A DNA stretch of 64,000 bases from Microthyrium microscopicum. Lineage: Eukaryota. The translations under genes and the position numbers were made by a program. Where the stretch lies: contig MU004237.1 of NCBI GenBank assembly GCA_010405405.1, forward strand, positions 1,809,345 through 1,873,344. Reading direction: 5' to 3'. Positions 1-12,888 of the stretch are shown in pieces (within the stretch, counting starts at the first letter, position 1; each line of letters starts with the position of its first letter). The notes under the pieces are model-generated. The model made no database searches. It worked only from the letters and a program-made list of their open reading frames with translations, and had not been told where the DNA came from.

Positions 1-827
1 GATGTATAAACCATGCCTCCCGAACGATGAATACGATATAGCCACGCCTTCCACAAAACTTATGCCTACTTGCTAGCAAGGCAGTTATCATCGTGGCGTT
101 CTACCACGGAATTTCGCTTAAGGTCATACGGGCGACTTCTCCTGTCGTAGCTGCAGCTTTTCGCTTGAGCATACTAGTTGCGCTCTGAATCTCAACCTCA
201 CGGGATTGTTTAAGCCTCTCTCACACGCATCAAATGTCCTAATCTTATCCAGCATACCACGTCAGTCAAATTCAGTCTCTTCCACCGTCAATGACTAAAG
301 TACGCCTAATTATAGACTTAACAATCGAGTATGCGTCCGATGCTACATGCAGACGAATTTTACTTCCTGCAGGAGTATAAGGAACCAACGCCACGAGACA
401 AGGTTTCGAAAGACGACCAAGGTAAAACTCGAACATTCATTCTCGACCATCATCGGTTCATTGTCTTGTAATGTCTCTAGAGTGCAAGGGTTAGTCCTAT
501 CATGAAGAAGCAGCCTGAACATCAAAAGAAATCTTTCGGCTATTCACCATGTTCAGCCTCGTATCATGTCGGGGAGAGTCATTGTCAAGCGTCCTTCATT
601 CTCTAGCGTAACTACAGCCTGATGGGATAGTTCTCTTCTGGGAGAGAAAAGAGACGGCAGAACAAACGGCAGAAAGGAGCGGCAGAGGATGAATATTCTT
701 CAGATACTAATGGTTACCTAAAGGTACCAAAGAGATATAAAAGGACTGGTTGGTCGTACGTGCTTTGATAGATCAAGACTTCAGAACTCAAGCAATTATA
801 TCTACTGTCATATCTCGGTAAACAATC

Positions 828-2842
828 ATGTTACTGTCTACTAAAGTCTTCACTTATATTCTTCCATTTGCTAGTGCTATATCCGCTAGTTATCTTCCCG
901 ATGTGTCTTATGCACAGGGACCAGATCTCGTAAAGAGACAAGTTCTTCCATCTTGCAACACTCCCGCCAACAGAACTTGCTGGACGGCTGGCTTTGACAC
1001 CAGCACTAATGTAAGTTTATCAACTCTAACAATTCTCCAATCATATGGCTGGTGCTCTGAACACTTCTGTTCCAACGGGGTAGAATGAAATATGAATGGC
1101 ATTAGTTTCCGCTGCCAACATCCCATGAAGATTATATACTGACGATTTTCCAGTACTACCAAAAATGGCCAGCAACAGGTCAACAACTCACATATGACTT
1201 GAGAATTACAAATGGAACCTGCAATCCAGATGGACACAGCTCAAAGACTTGCTTTCTTGTGAATGGCCAATATCCTGGACCTGCGATTCGTGCTTCCTGG
1301 GGAGACTCCGTCCGAGTCACAGTTCACAATGATTTGCAAATCAATGGAACTTCTATTCACTTTCATGGCTTGCGCCAGTTCCAGACATGTCAAAATGATG
1401 GCACAAACGGAGTGACAGAATGCCCTATAGCTCCTGGAGAGAGTCGGAGCTACCAATGGACGGCAACAGAATATGGCACGTCTTGGTATCATAGTCATCA
1501 TTCGGTTAGCGTTCCATGCCTCTGCTTCGAAGCCGATTTCCTAATTGTCGCAGGTTCAATACAGTCAAGGTATTCTTGGTCCTATCATAATCGATGGCCC
1601 AACAACTCAAAACTATGACCAAGATCTTGGTGAGTTACCAAGACCATTCCAATCAATACCGGAGCCCAATCTAATAATGCCTTAGGCGCTCTACCATTGA
1701 CTGATTGGTACTATGATGATACATTCATGCTCCTCTGGAGAGCTTTGTACGGAGGCGGAGCGCCACCCCCAGCACAGAACGTTCTTGTCAATGGCAGCAT
1801 GATCGACGGTTTTGGCCATGGCAAGTATTCTGTCATCAACGTGGTAAAGGGTCAGACATACAAACTTCGCCTCATCAACGCTGCGACAGACACACTGTTC
1901 CATGTATCAATGGATAATCATCCATTCACTGTGGTGGGCGCAGATTTTGTTGCCGTCGATCCATATCAGACGACAGATCTGAAGATGAACATCGGCCAAC
2001 GCTACGATATTGTCTTCACAGCAAACCAGACGGCCTCTAATTACTGGCTTCGTGTTCGACCCGGCGCTGCCGTCTGTGGATCACCACAAATATACAACGC
2101 TACTCACTCAGATGTAGTCGTTGGCGCCATCCTTCGCTATAGCGGAGCTCCCGCAGCAAACCCGACGTCCACTGGCTATACTATGGCAGCGACTTGTGAA
2201 GACGAAACCTACTCCAACCACCTCAAGCTCAACGTCCCGTCCACCACATTTGCAGCCCAAGAGAAGCCAATCGACATAACTCTCGGAACTGGCCCCAAAA
2301 ACATCGCAAACTGGTTCATTAACGGCAGCTCCCTCGACGTCGACTGGCAGAATCCCACCCTCGCCTACATCTTGAACGGTACAACCAACTACCCCAAGTC
2401 CGAAAACGTCTTCCTCATGCCGCAGGCAAACGCATGGTATTTCTGGGTCATCATCAATCCTGCAACACCACCACTGCCGCATCCAGTACATCTGCACGGC
2501 CACGACTTTTACAAGTTGGGCTCTGGAACTGGGCCATTCCCAGGCGTTTCAGCGCTGAACTTTAACAATCCGATGCGAAGAGATGTGTCGACGTTGCCGG
2601 GTAGTGCGACGGGCGGATGGTTGGTTTTTGGCTTCCCGGCTGATAATCCAGGTGTTTGGCTTACGCATTGCCATATTGCATGGCATGTGTCTGAAGGATT
2701 TGGCATGCAGTTTGTGGAGCGTGCTACGGAGATTCCTGGGACGATTGGGCAGGTTGATGAGTTTAATCAGGGTTGTCTCGATTGGAGGAATTATTGGAAT
2801 AAGCCAGGTCGTCTGGGAGTTGATGAAGACTCTGGTGTCTGA
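828..2842 (+). CDS. Secreted laccase / multicopper oxidase (AA1), 4 exons; introns 1011-1153, 1505-1553, 1630-1685
   Basis: Signal peptide and KR pro-site; copper motifs HFHG, WYHSH, HPVHLHGH, HCHIAWH; C-terminal DSGV (ascomycete DSGL-type); GT-AG introns with branch sites join the ORF pieces in frame. Confidence 0.95.
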
Positions 2843-3138
2843 TGCTGTCAGGTACCGTTACCAAGTTCGGTTGTGTTGGGACAAGGCGTTCAGGTATGAT
2901 GGTTTTTTGTTGGGCTGACATAGGATTAACCAAAACGTTCTTTTTCTTTAATGCCGTTTTGAGGATATTCGATCTTGATCAGTTAGTGTTCAGTGACCCA
3001 GAGGCTCAAGTTAGCATAATCAGATATGGACCTAGTCACGACGCATGGAGCCTACACAGGCTTAATAGGCAACACTGCAGCATTGCTGATGACTTGCCAC
3101 CCAAATCTAGGGAGATACTAACAATCCAAGAGCTATGC

Positions 3139-3351
3139 CAACGGCACGGCAAAATAAATGGCGTACTCCCATCAACTCTAATGGCGCCCAGACGCTACGG
3201 TCTGTTATCGAGTGCTTTATTTGCCATAAAGGGCGTTCGCATTGGGAATATTTATTAGATACGATGGGGATTAAAGCACCTTTTGGTTAGCAGCGCTGGT
3301 GGTAGCCATTAGAGCTGATGGGAGTACGCCATTTATTTTGCCATGCCGTTG
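3139..3351. mobile_element. MITE, 213 bp, 47-bp TIRs (CAACGG...CCGTTG), 6-bp TSD CTATGC
   Basis: 3139-3185 is the reverse complement of 3305-3351 with 2 mismatches; CTATGC at 3133-3138 and 3352-3357. Confidence 0.85.
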
Positions 3352-3775
3352 CTATGCGTTCGTAGCTTTCTCAACGTATCTGAAGGTGAAAGATCTTGCC
3401 TTGAATTGCACTAGTGAATAGGGGTAAGTTAGTGGCGAGACTCGGATCCGATCTCGGGATGTGGTCCACCAGTGCCGCAAGGACCCGGTGGCCACCCGAC
3501 TACTCACTCAACGGCGTAAGCTTCGCTATTCCCTACTACTCGTGAGGATATTGAAGGCTGATGCACGAAGTGATGGCCAATCCGTTCGCTGAACGGATGG
3601 AAGTCGACCCGAAAGCCGACATACGTTGAATTGAGACGACCTGGTGGGCTTCGTCACCAGATTCTGTAACCTGTTAACAAAGGAGCTTCAAGACAGCAGG
3701 ACCACAAGCCGATTTCTAGGAAAACACATTGACTGGTGTGTTTTAACTACAAGAAAACACAGGCTCAACCTCCCG

Positions 3776-6301
3776 ATGTTCCAATGTGGAGTATGCAAAT
3801 CCGGATACGATCGATCGGACCACTTGATCCGACATATTCGAAGTCATACCAAACAGCGTCCATTCGTTTGTTCAGTCTGCACGAAAGGCTTTGCTAGACA
3901 GGATCTTCTGAAACGACATCTAGGAACCCACAACAGAGACGAATCAACCACGTCTGATAGGGAGACTCCTGTCATCAATCAATCAGGACGACCAAGTCAA
4001 CGCGTTCAGCAAGCATGTCGTTCCTGCGCGGCAAAGAAGCTGAAGTGCTCGGAGCTAAAGCCTTGTGGGCGCTGTATAGAAAAGAATGTTCGATGCGAGT
4101 TTGAAGCAGAGGAAGAAGTGTCAGGTGAGGATGAGACTATACAGCATATCACTGAGCTGCTCCCGTCACAGCCAGGAGACAATTCGTTTGATCAACTTGG
4201 GCAGCCTACGGAACAAGTTGTTCGATCTGGGCTCGAGTTCCAAAATGGCCCTTTGGAGTCCAACGCAGCTCCATCTCTGAAGGCGAATATGCAAGCAGAC
4301 CAGTTGTATACATCTGAAGACGACTTCATGACTGGCATTCTGTATGGGACTTTAAACATTCCAGATATTGGTGAATTTCTACAACAGGATTCGGAATCAA
4401 CACTTGGAGACCTTGATTTCTCATTTCTGAATGAAATGAACTCATTCAACTCCAATCCCCAAGTTTCTCTGCCGTCACTGTCACCAAGCTCCTCTTCAAG
4501 TCCTCAACCAAAAACCGTGGGTTTTGGCAGAGAAGCCTTCCGCAAATCTAGCGTCCACACCAGCTGGGAACCTAGCCTTGACGACAATCGCAGGCTAGAA
4601 TATCCGAATTTGATACTTCAAAAGAAGCTCATACCACAAGATATTCGTTGCTCCTTTGACAGCTCTCTGCTTCGGAGCAAAAGCATATCTTTGCTAACGA
4701 GAGACCGGATTCTGGCCATGATTTTGCGTTCATCATGTAGTTCAGCTACGGAACGTATCCTCAGGTCTTTCCCTTCACTTGAAGTGCTCAATGGTCTTAT
4801 ACAAGTCGCTTTTTATCACATGAGCGAGAATCAAGTCATTCCATTCATACATGTCCCTTCCATTGATCTCGACAATCAACGACCTGAATTTCTAGGGGCT
4901 GTCATAGCATATGCATCTGTTTATTCTCCTTCCCAGCCAGTACAAAAATTCGGATATGCTCTACAGGAGATAGTACGTGGATCAATATTAATATTGGTAA
5001 GACTTATGTACAGTGTCCAGATGAAACACTAAACTTTCCAGGTTGAAGAAAAGCATTCTACACTTCGAGAATCCGGAGTCTGCCAGGCTTTTTACATCCA
5101 ACTTGATCTAGCGTTGTACAGCTGCGTTAGTCGCAAGATGGAAATGGCAGAAGGCTATTCTATGCTAGGAACCACCATGCTTCGACATGGCAAACTGCTT
5201 TCTGAGGAAGCTTATTCCTCTCCAGGAAAAATCTTGGCAATGCCAGATCTTACCATTCAGCAGAAGTGGCTCATGTGGGCCGAACAGGAGACTCAAAAGC
5301 GGCTCGGCTACTTTGCTATGACTCTGGATGCGCATAACTCGATTGTCCGGAAGACCAAGACGCTCTTTTCCTATGCAGAATTGAGAGCACCTCTTCCTTC
5401 ATGCAAACAACTTTGGGAAGCGGAGACAGCGACCTCTTGGCTTAACATTCTGCAACAAGATGTCCAAATGCCAATTGAGCAACCACTCTCCTTATACAAA
5501 ATCCTCCGCCAACCACAGCTCATTGCCCCCCAAAAGTTCAATATAGACATGAAATCCGCCTCGATCATTTATCTAGCAGGTCTCTGGTCGTTGATCTCCG
5601 AATATCAGCAAATGATCTGCATTATCCCCAGCACACAACAAAACAACGACTTCGTAATGAACTCAAGACATGCAGACCTAACCTCCAATCTAGAATTGTT
5701 CAAAATTGAGTCTGCCAATCTTGGAGCGGATTTCCCTGAAGTGTTGATTCAGCAAGAGCTCATGTCACTACATCTAAATGCTCCCCTATATTCGCTCTCC
5801 TATTTCGTCGGGATGGGAAGTGAGGTAAAGGCACAGAAAGCATCACCTACTGCCCATCAATGGTTTGAGAGCCCAAAGTCTCGTGTCGCATTATGGCATT
5901 GTGGGCAGATATTTCGAGCCGCTTGGCTTTTCAAGCCCAAAAAACTTGCTGAGATACACGTCCTCGCTCTCTACCAGGCTACGCTGGTTTTATGGGTCTG
6001 GGCTTTACTTCGCAAAGCGCAAGGAAATCTCACTGCCTCGAGCAAAGAAAGGGTCATGCTGGACGGTGAAGAGACACTGATGACCACGAAATTCCTAAAG
6101 TCATATCCTGCTGAGCCAGGTCTAACCAGTGAATCTGGTAGCTTTCTCTCGTTAGATAACCCAGTGATAGCTCCTGATATCGCAAACGCGATCATTCAAA
6201 AGAACTGGAACTCACAGCAGATGCCGCGGACGGCAGAAGAAGCATCACGAATGCTGCAGAGCTTCTCTAGCATATGTAGGGAGAAATTTGATATTCCCTG
6301 A
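3776..6301 (+). CDS. Transcription factor with two C2H2 zinc fingers, a Zn(II)2Cys6 cluster and a fungal-specific TF domain; intron 4997-5041
   Basis: CGVC..HIRSH and CSVC..HLGTH fingers; CRSCAAKKLKCSELKPCGRCIEKNVRC; PFIHVPS and LPSCKQLWEA motifs; the intron joins the two ORFs. Confidence 0.92.
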
Positions 6302-6365
6302 ATTTCATCGATTCGATTGAAAATGCGGATTCGCTTCTATTGATTTCAAAACATCCAAATCCTAT

Positions 6366-6890
6366 CTAATACTGCCATTCATCAATAAGCTTCTTCTCCC
6401 CAACATGTACAGCATCCGCGGCAGCCTGTATGAAAACTACCCAGCGTGCCCATCCATTATTCGGCGTAACATTCACCCAACCATGCATCGTAGCCCTCTG
6501 CACAAGGCTATCGCCTGTTTTGACGACCCTCCTTTCGCCCGAGTCCAAATGTACTTCAATTTCACCTTCAATGACCACTAGAACGTCCAGTGTCATTGTT
6601 CGATGCATTGGCGCACCACCGACCCCCGCGCCAGGCTTCAGCGACATGAGGCAAATTGATGTGCCATTGTCCGGGCAGATGCGACGAGTGGAGGAGAACA
6701 TTGGTTGTAAGCGATCATGTTCATACTGCCCGATGTCGTTTTCAGTGGAGAGATCTATTGGAAATTTGTGGCTTGAGTAGATGAGTCGGATGTCGCCGAT
6801 TGGAATGTCTCTCTTTGCTGGCCGTTCTGTGAGTTTGTTGGAGAATACTGCTTTTCCTTCGGCGTTGTGGGTTGTGATGTGGAGAGACAT
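6366..6890 (-). CDS. Cupin-2 domain protein
   Basis: HITTHNAEGKAVF, MHRTMTLD..V.EGEIE..LDSGE, GDSLVQRATMHGW cupin motifs. Confidence 0.9.
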   Translation of the reverse strand: MSLHITTHNAEGKAVFSNKLTERPAKRDIPIGDIRLIYSSHKFPIDLSTENDIGQYEHDRLQPMFSSTRRICPDNGTSICLMSLKPGAGVGGAPMHRTMTLDVLVVIEGEIEVHLDSGERRVVKTGDSLVQRATMHGWVNVTPNNGWARWVVFIQAAADAVHVGEKKLIDEWQY

Positions 6891-7183
6891 GTTGCAACGA
6901 CGAGTGACAGAGACTTTGCTGCTTTGGGGTAATTTGAAGCAGTGTTTCTGGAAGGATGAGTGCTGGAGAGAGGTGAGGCCTTGATTCTGAAGTATTTATC
7001 TCCCTCACATCGGCTTGTGGCCATCCTGTCAACGCCAGATCGGGTCCTCCACTTGGATAGATGTCCGGCATTTTCGGGACCACTTCGAAAGTTTGCGTAT
7101 AAAACTGACAGGCAGCCGGTCAATTGAAAACACTCAGCAACAAACCTCCGTCATACCAGAATTTTCTCAATACAACATTCATC

Positions 7184-8009
7184 ATGGAAACTGTCCTAGT
7201 CGTCGGCTCTACCGGCAACATCGGCACAGCAGCCGTCAAAGGTGCTCTGAACGCCGGCTACAAAGTGCTAGCAATCGTACGAAATTCGACATCCGCGAAC
7301 AAGTTATTTCAAAATGCCGGAAAGGAAGGTATAACCACCGTTGAAGCCGACATCATGTCCGACAATGGCATCCAGTCTGTGGTCGAACAAGTGACGGCCG
7401 GCAAACTTCCCGCATTCCAGCATGTATACTCAACTGGTTAGTACTCTTCAGTCCACAACTGCAGCCATGTGCTGTGCTAACGAGCTTTATAGTTGGCGGT
7501 TTATATGAGGAGACTGCCTTGAAGAACGTCACCGCTAAACAGATGCGTGACGCAATGAATCAAAATTTTACACCAAATTTATGTAAGGCTTCGAAACAAT
7601 CCATGCGATGCCATAAAAAAGCTGACGTATAGCAGACGCATACATTGCTACCATTCCCTATCTCTTGGAGCAGAACAACCCGAGCAGCACCTGGACGTTG
7701 TGCACAGGTGCTCAAGGCGACTACGGATTTCGCGCCGTGCCTGCCATGACGGCAGGGTCTTTGTTCTCCATGGCAGTATCGGCGTGTCGTGAGCTTCACG
7801 AAACGAATATCCGCTTCAACGAAGTTTACCTCGCCTTCCGAGTTGAAATTGATTCCAGCGCGGAGAAGTCAGCGTCAATGAAGGCTTCTGACTTTGCGAA
7901 GAACTATCAGGCGATCTTGGGCAATACTAGTGTGAGAGGATGCCGTGTTCGAGTGACAAATCATGAGGAAGTGACGAAGTTGAACTATGCACCGAAGTTG
8001 GATTTGTAG
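7184..8009 (+). CDS. NAD(P)-binding short-chain dehydrogenase-like protein; introns 7437-7492, 7583-7635
   Basis: N-terminal Rossmann motif VLVVGSTGNIG; splicing restores one continuous frame. Confidence 0.85.
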
Positions 8010-8023
8010 ATATATGTCCATGG

Positions 8024-8605
8024 TCAAGATGGGGTCGTTTTCATGAGGTCCATCAGATCCAATCCAAATCCAGTTGTTGAGTTGGCGTCAGATTTGCTCT
8101 TTGCTAGCATAGAATGCAAACTACTCTGTCTTTTGTTTTGCTGCTGTTTCTGTTTACGACTGAGTTTGGCTTGATTTTGCTTATCTTCCAGAGTCGCAGT
8201 TCCGGTTGTGATGGATGGGATCGGTTTGACAGAACCATCTCTTCCTTGTCCACGTCGAGCTGCTGGCACTGACAAAGGAAGTGCAGTGCGTGACTTGAAT
8301 CCACAAGCTCTACAATCGAAAATTACTGCCTTAGTCCTTGTGGTCGAACACGTGTCCGAGGAGCTTTGTCGTGTTCCTCGAGTTTCTGATTGAATGTGCA
8401 TGCCGCAGCGTTCATTGTCAACAAGGCTGCCACAGGAACCACAGGCTGCATATGTTGGAGTAATATCATGCGGCGAGTCGAAAGCCAGTTCCGAGTACTG
8501 CGACCGCAAATGCGCTGAGACAGCTGGAGATTTCGGTAGCAAACATCGTGACGCCGCGTCCAGGAAGCGCATTCGCGTCGCGACTAGATCATCCTGCTTT
8601 CCCAT
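8024..8605 (-). CDS. RNase P/MRP subunit of the Rpr2/Rpp21/Snm1 family
   Basis: RMRFL..AS..L...SP.VSAHL N-terminus, two CxxC pairs (CGSC, CRAC), basic tail ending GLDLMDLMK. Confidence 0.75.
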   Translation of the reverse strand: MGKQDDLVATRMRFLDAASRCLLPKSPAVSAHLRSQYSELAFDSPHDITPTYAACGSCGSLVDNERCGMHIQSETRGTRQSSSDTCSTTRTKAVIFDCRACGFKSRTALPLSVPAARRGQGRDGSVKPIPSITTGTATLEDKQNQAKLSRKQKQQQNKRQSSLHSMLAKSKSDANSTTGFGLDLMDLMKTTPS

Positions 8606-9063
8606 GATGGAAGGCTTTCATTGCAATCTTGAAAAGGCTCGTGACATGTCGAAACGTAGGAACAAGAGACGAAAACTTTTGTACGCTTCTGGAGGTGGTG
8701 TTGGAGAAAGGTGGGGGGCTAGGTAGCACCACTACAATACAACCACCATTGAAGTCTCTTAAGCCAGCTTGCTTCATCTATACTTTCACCTGTAAATCCC
8801 CGAGTCGATCCTGGGGTTCGGCAAGCTAAGGCAGATCCTGTTATAGCTAGCGACTTGTATTTGAGGTGCGCAAGTGGCGCTAGTCCAGCGAGGTCTCGAC
8901 AAAAAGCACGATCTTTCCCTCGAGGTTCAAACAAGCAGTATCAAACTTGATTGCCATGAATCACTGCGACATTTCAGCGCAATCTTTTTGGATTTCTCCA
9001 GAATCAAGAAGTCCGAAAGCTGTCATTCCATCAGACTCTTAACCGTCTCGTCGCCAATCAAAT

Positions 9064-10771
9064 ATGGACGCCAATACCGAAGCTGTGCGAGTAGCCGTAG
9101 AAGGCTGCGTAGGTCCATCCTCCATCGAGTTATACCAACCACTAACAAAACCCTCAGGGCCATGGCAAACTCGACGACATCTACGCATCAGTCGCCCACT
9201 CTGCCGCGCTCAAGAATTGGCCCACCGTGGATCTGCTCATAATCTGCGGCGACTTCCAAGCAACCCGCAACGCCCAAGATCTCAACACCATGTCCGTCCC
9301 CATCAAATACCGCTCCATGGAAGATTTCCACAAGTACTACAGCGGTGAAAAAGTCGCCCCCTATCTCACCATCTTTATCGGCGGGAATCACGAAGCAGGC
9401 AGCCATCTACGCGAACTCTATCATGGGGGCTGGGTAGCGCCAAATATCTATTATATGGGTGCAGCGGATGTACTAAGCGTAGGTGGTCTAAGGATTGCGG
9501 GCATGTCGGGGATTTGGAAGGGCTTTGATTATCGAAAGGGGCATATTGAACGGTTGCCGTTTAGTCAGGATGAGGTGCGGAGTTTTTATCATGTGAGGGA
9601 GATGGATGTACGGAAGTTGTTGCAGATTCGGACACAGGTTGATGTTGGGCTGTCGCATGACTGGCCGGATGGGATGGAGTGGTTGGGGGATTATAAGCAT
9701 TTGTTTAAGATCAAGGCGCACTTTGTGGATGATGCGAATAGTGGGAAGTTGGGTAGTAAGGCGGCGACGTATGTGCTCGACTGGCTACGTCCTCCGCTTT
9801 GGCTGAGTGCTCATATGCATGTACGATATACGGCGGTCAAGAAGTTCGAAATGCAGGCACCAATCGGTGAAGCAAGCAACGCACCAGGGAAAGAGGCGAC
9901 CCAAACAGCAAATGCCTCAGCCCCGACTGAGCCAGAGACCAAGAACGAGGACGAAATCGACCTTGATATGGACATGGACGACGTTGATATCACTGAGCCT
10001 ACAGTAGCAGAACCTACGAAAGTAGACACGCCTCCTGCAGCAGTCCCAGAGGACATCCGCGCCCAACTACCCTCCTCCTTCGCCGCGCCCACCAAACCCA
10101 CAAACCTGCCCCGACCAACCGCAATAGGCAATACCACAACATCGTTCCTAGCTCTCGACAAACTCGTGCCTAATCACCACTTCCTCCAGCTCCTCGAAAT
10201 TACACCCACCACCCCATCTACCTCACCAACCACAACCCAACGGCCCCTAAAACTAACCTACGACCCCGAATGGCTCGCCATAACCCGCGCCTTCGCTCAA
10301 CACTCACCCCTCCAACCCTTCCCACCAGATCTCGGCACAGCCCACTACGCACCCCTCATAGACACAGAGAAATCGTGGGTTGACGAGCACATCACGTCCA
10401 AGGACAAACTAGTCGTCCCAGAAAACTTTGAACTCACAGCACCAGTACATGATGTGGAGTCTGGCGAGCGTGTAAAAGGCATGCCACGCGAGTACAGTAA
10501 TCCGCAGACGATAGCGTACTGTGAGATGCTAGATATACGGAACTGGTGGCATGAGGAGGAGGAAGTGCTTGTTGAGCGGTGGAAGAATCAGCCGGAGGAG
10601 GAAGAGGAGCAGGGGCATGGGTTTAGGGGTGGTAGAGGTGGTGGGAGAGGACGGGGACGAGGTCGTGGTGGGCAGGGAGGAGGGCGTGGGCGTGGGCAAG
10701 GACGAGGAGGTGGTCGGGGAGGGCTAGCGGGATTTCGAATTGGACTTGCTGGTGGGCCGGATTGGCGGTAG
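9064..10771 (+). CDS. DBR1: RNA lariat debranching enzyme; intron 9109-9157
   Basis: VAVEGC|GHG, GDFQ, GGNHE, SHDWP, SAHMH, FLALDK, YDPEWLAI motifs; RGG-rich C-terminal tail. Confidence 0.96.
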
Positions 10772-11082
10772 CTGAATTGAGGAGATAGAGTAGTGTGGTG
10801 TTTCTCATGGGTAGAAGTTTAGCGTGTGCTGTTTAGCCAGCGTATGATAAATGCAGTACCTATGAAAGAGAAGTTCAAGTTCGGCACAGTCAATTCATAA
10901 TCGTTATCATTACTATTATTTATTACTACGATAAATATATCGTTACAAGGTATGCACATCCTCCTGCATCCAAATCAGTTCTGCCATATAAAGCAGCGTA
11001 GTCTTCTCATGAGCCATCAGTACTGCTCAGTCTCTAGCGACTACGCGACGCTTAGTTGTAATCATACACATCATAGCCTCCC

Positions 11083-11722
11083 TCAATCAGCCCTGCCCTC
11101 CCCAATGCCCACCGGTCTCAACCGTGCCATCTCAGCACCCTGCTCACTTCTTTTCCGTCCCGCAAACAGCGTGAACGCACCATTCTTCTCACCCGGGCCA
11201 TCCGATAGTCTGGCGAAGAGACCTCGTTTGCGTACTAGTGCTGGCTCGTCGAGAACTACTTCTTCAAAATGACTCTTCTCCTCCTCCCATTTATCGCTTC
11301 GTCGCTCAAACACTGGGGTCCGTGCAGGCGTATTTGCAGAGCTCTGAACAGGTTCACGCGCCCCAATGTCAAAAGATCGTCTATAGCTATCGAAAGATTC
11401 ACGAGAAATGCGGAAAGGCTCGGTATCGTCTAGTGAGTGTGTAGCGGAACGGGTAGAGGAATTGGATGTTGAGGGCCAGCGGGTTGGACGGATTGGGGAG
11501 TCGTTTGGCTGTGCCATAGATGTTAGCTAACAGTCGGGAAAAGAGCGTAGGCGGAAAACGTACCGGGAGAAAAGCGCCATTGGAATCGATGTCGTGGAGT
11601 TGGACTTCGATTGTGGGATGAGGATGATCAGGCGTCGACGTTCCAGTTGTGGGTGTGGATGTGAATGCGCTAGAATCACTATGCTCGAGAGTGTTGCGCT
11701 TGAAGGGATTTCGGAGTGGCAT
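11083..11722 (-). CDS. Conserved fungal hypothetical protein; intron 11509-11563
   Basis: MPLRNPFKR start; GTACGT..CTAAC..CAG intron joins two ORFs; EPFRISRESFDSYRRSFDI block. Confidence 0.75.
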
Positions 11723-12330
11723 TTTGTTGGGTTGTTTGTTGACTAGATATTATGGGTTTGGATTAATGGTTAAGATATGGGTTTGTGATGATTATGGGCA
11801 ATATGGGTTGGAGTGACAATGCATTGTATAACCTCGAAGGACAGGAAAGGGATCATGATGTTTTCATCGAAAGTTGGCAATTCGGCAAAGTCGGAAGTTG
11901 TGGTCCAATGCAGGACGTCAGTGGTGATCTGCGACCACGATTGGGTGGCTGTGAAGTTGCATCTCGTTCCTGGCAAAATCTGATGACCTGCTGCCAATTC
12001 CGAGATATTTCCTTCTTGTTCGTATTTCGTATTTATCGCATCACCGAAAAACTGTCAGTTTTAGCATTTTCTGCACTACATTCTGAATTTCTGATGAATT
12101 TCAAGGGTCTGCTAGCCGCAGAATCTTGCACGAAAACCAACTTACTCCTTTTCAGATAAGCAGCTGAAAAGTGGTTGGTGATGTCATACATCGCGGTTCG
12201 CGCCGGCAACCGAGGCGATTCGACCCTCTTGTTAGGCAGTCAAGTTCGACTTCATCTCCAAATGAGAGTTCTTGCGAAATCCATACTGAACTCTTTGCCC
12301 CCGAAGCTCTGATATGATTCAAAGGCCACA

Positions 12331-12687
12331 CTAACATAAACTCTGTAGAAACACAGCTACCACCAACCAAATCGCAACAGTCCATAAAACCCCATTTCCA
12401 CCTGTTCTACCTGCACCCGAAGAACAGATGACCACAGCCGAATTCTCTTGCGCATCAGTCATCCTACCTTGCCTACCCAAGCAATCCCTCAATTGAGACT
12501 TGATTTGGCCAACAACTTTGCAGTAGATGTTACAATCGTCCTGGGCTACGATATAGTCCGCGCCGTTACAGCAGGCGTGCATGTCGATGCTTGCGTTTTG
12601 GTATGACTGGATTGCTATACCGTTGTAACGAGGTGTAGTGATATTGATAATGATATCGAGCACGAGGTACCGTAGCTTTTGTTTCAT
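12331..12687 (-). CDS. Small Cys-rich, probably GPI-anchored protein whose 5' end is interrupted or replaced by a MITE (may be a pseudogene)
   Basis: MHACC..DDCNIYC..LRDCL..C pattern and hydrophobic C-terminus; the first in-frame ATG lies in the MITE TIR. Confidence 0.55.
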   Translation of the reverse strand: MKQKLRYLVLDIIINITTPRYNGIAIQSYQNASIDMHACCNGADYIVAQDDCNIYCKVVGQIKSQLRDCLGRQGRMTDAQENSAVVICSSGAGRTGGNGVLWTVAIWLVVAVFLQSLC

Positions 12688-12888
12688 TTGCACGTTTAAT
12701 TAAGCCTATTTGGGATTTCAAATTTAGGCTTACCAATATATTTCACCAATGATAAGTAGAGGTTTGATGTTTCACGTGTGAGCAAAAGGGACATTTCCTA
12801 CACATAATATCGTAAAAGATATTAGTAAGCCCAAATTTGAAATCCCAAATAGGCTTAATTAAACGTGCAAATGAAACAAAAGCTACGG
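12670..12888. mobile_element. Tc1/mariner-type MITE, 219 bp, ~65-70-bp TIRs starting CCGTAG, TA TSD
   Basis: ccgtagcttttgtttcatttgcacgtttaattaagcctatttgggatttcaaattt is mirrored at the right end; TA at 12668-12669 and 12889-12890. Confidence 0.92.

Noticed and set aside
1011..1153. Longer-than-usual laccase intron as a possible snoRNA host
   Set aside because: No convincing C box or rRNA-antisense element; the terminal CTGA is the branch site
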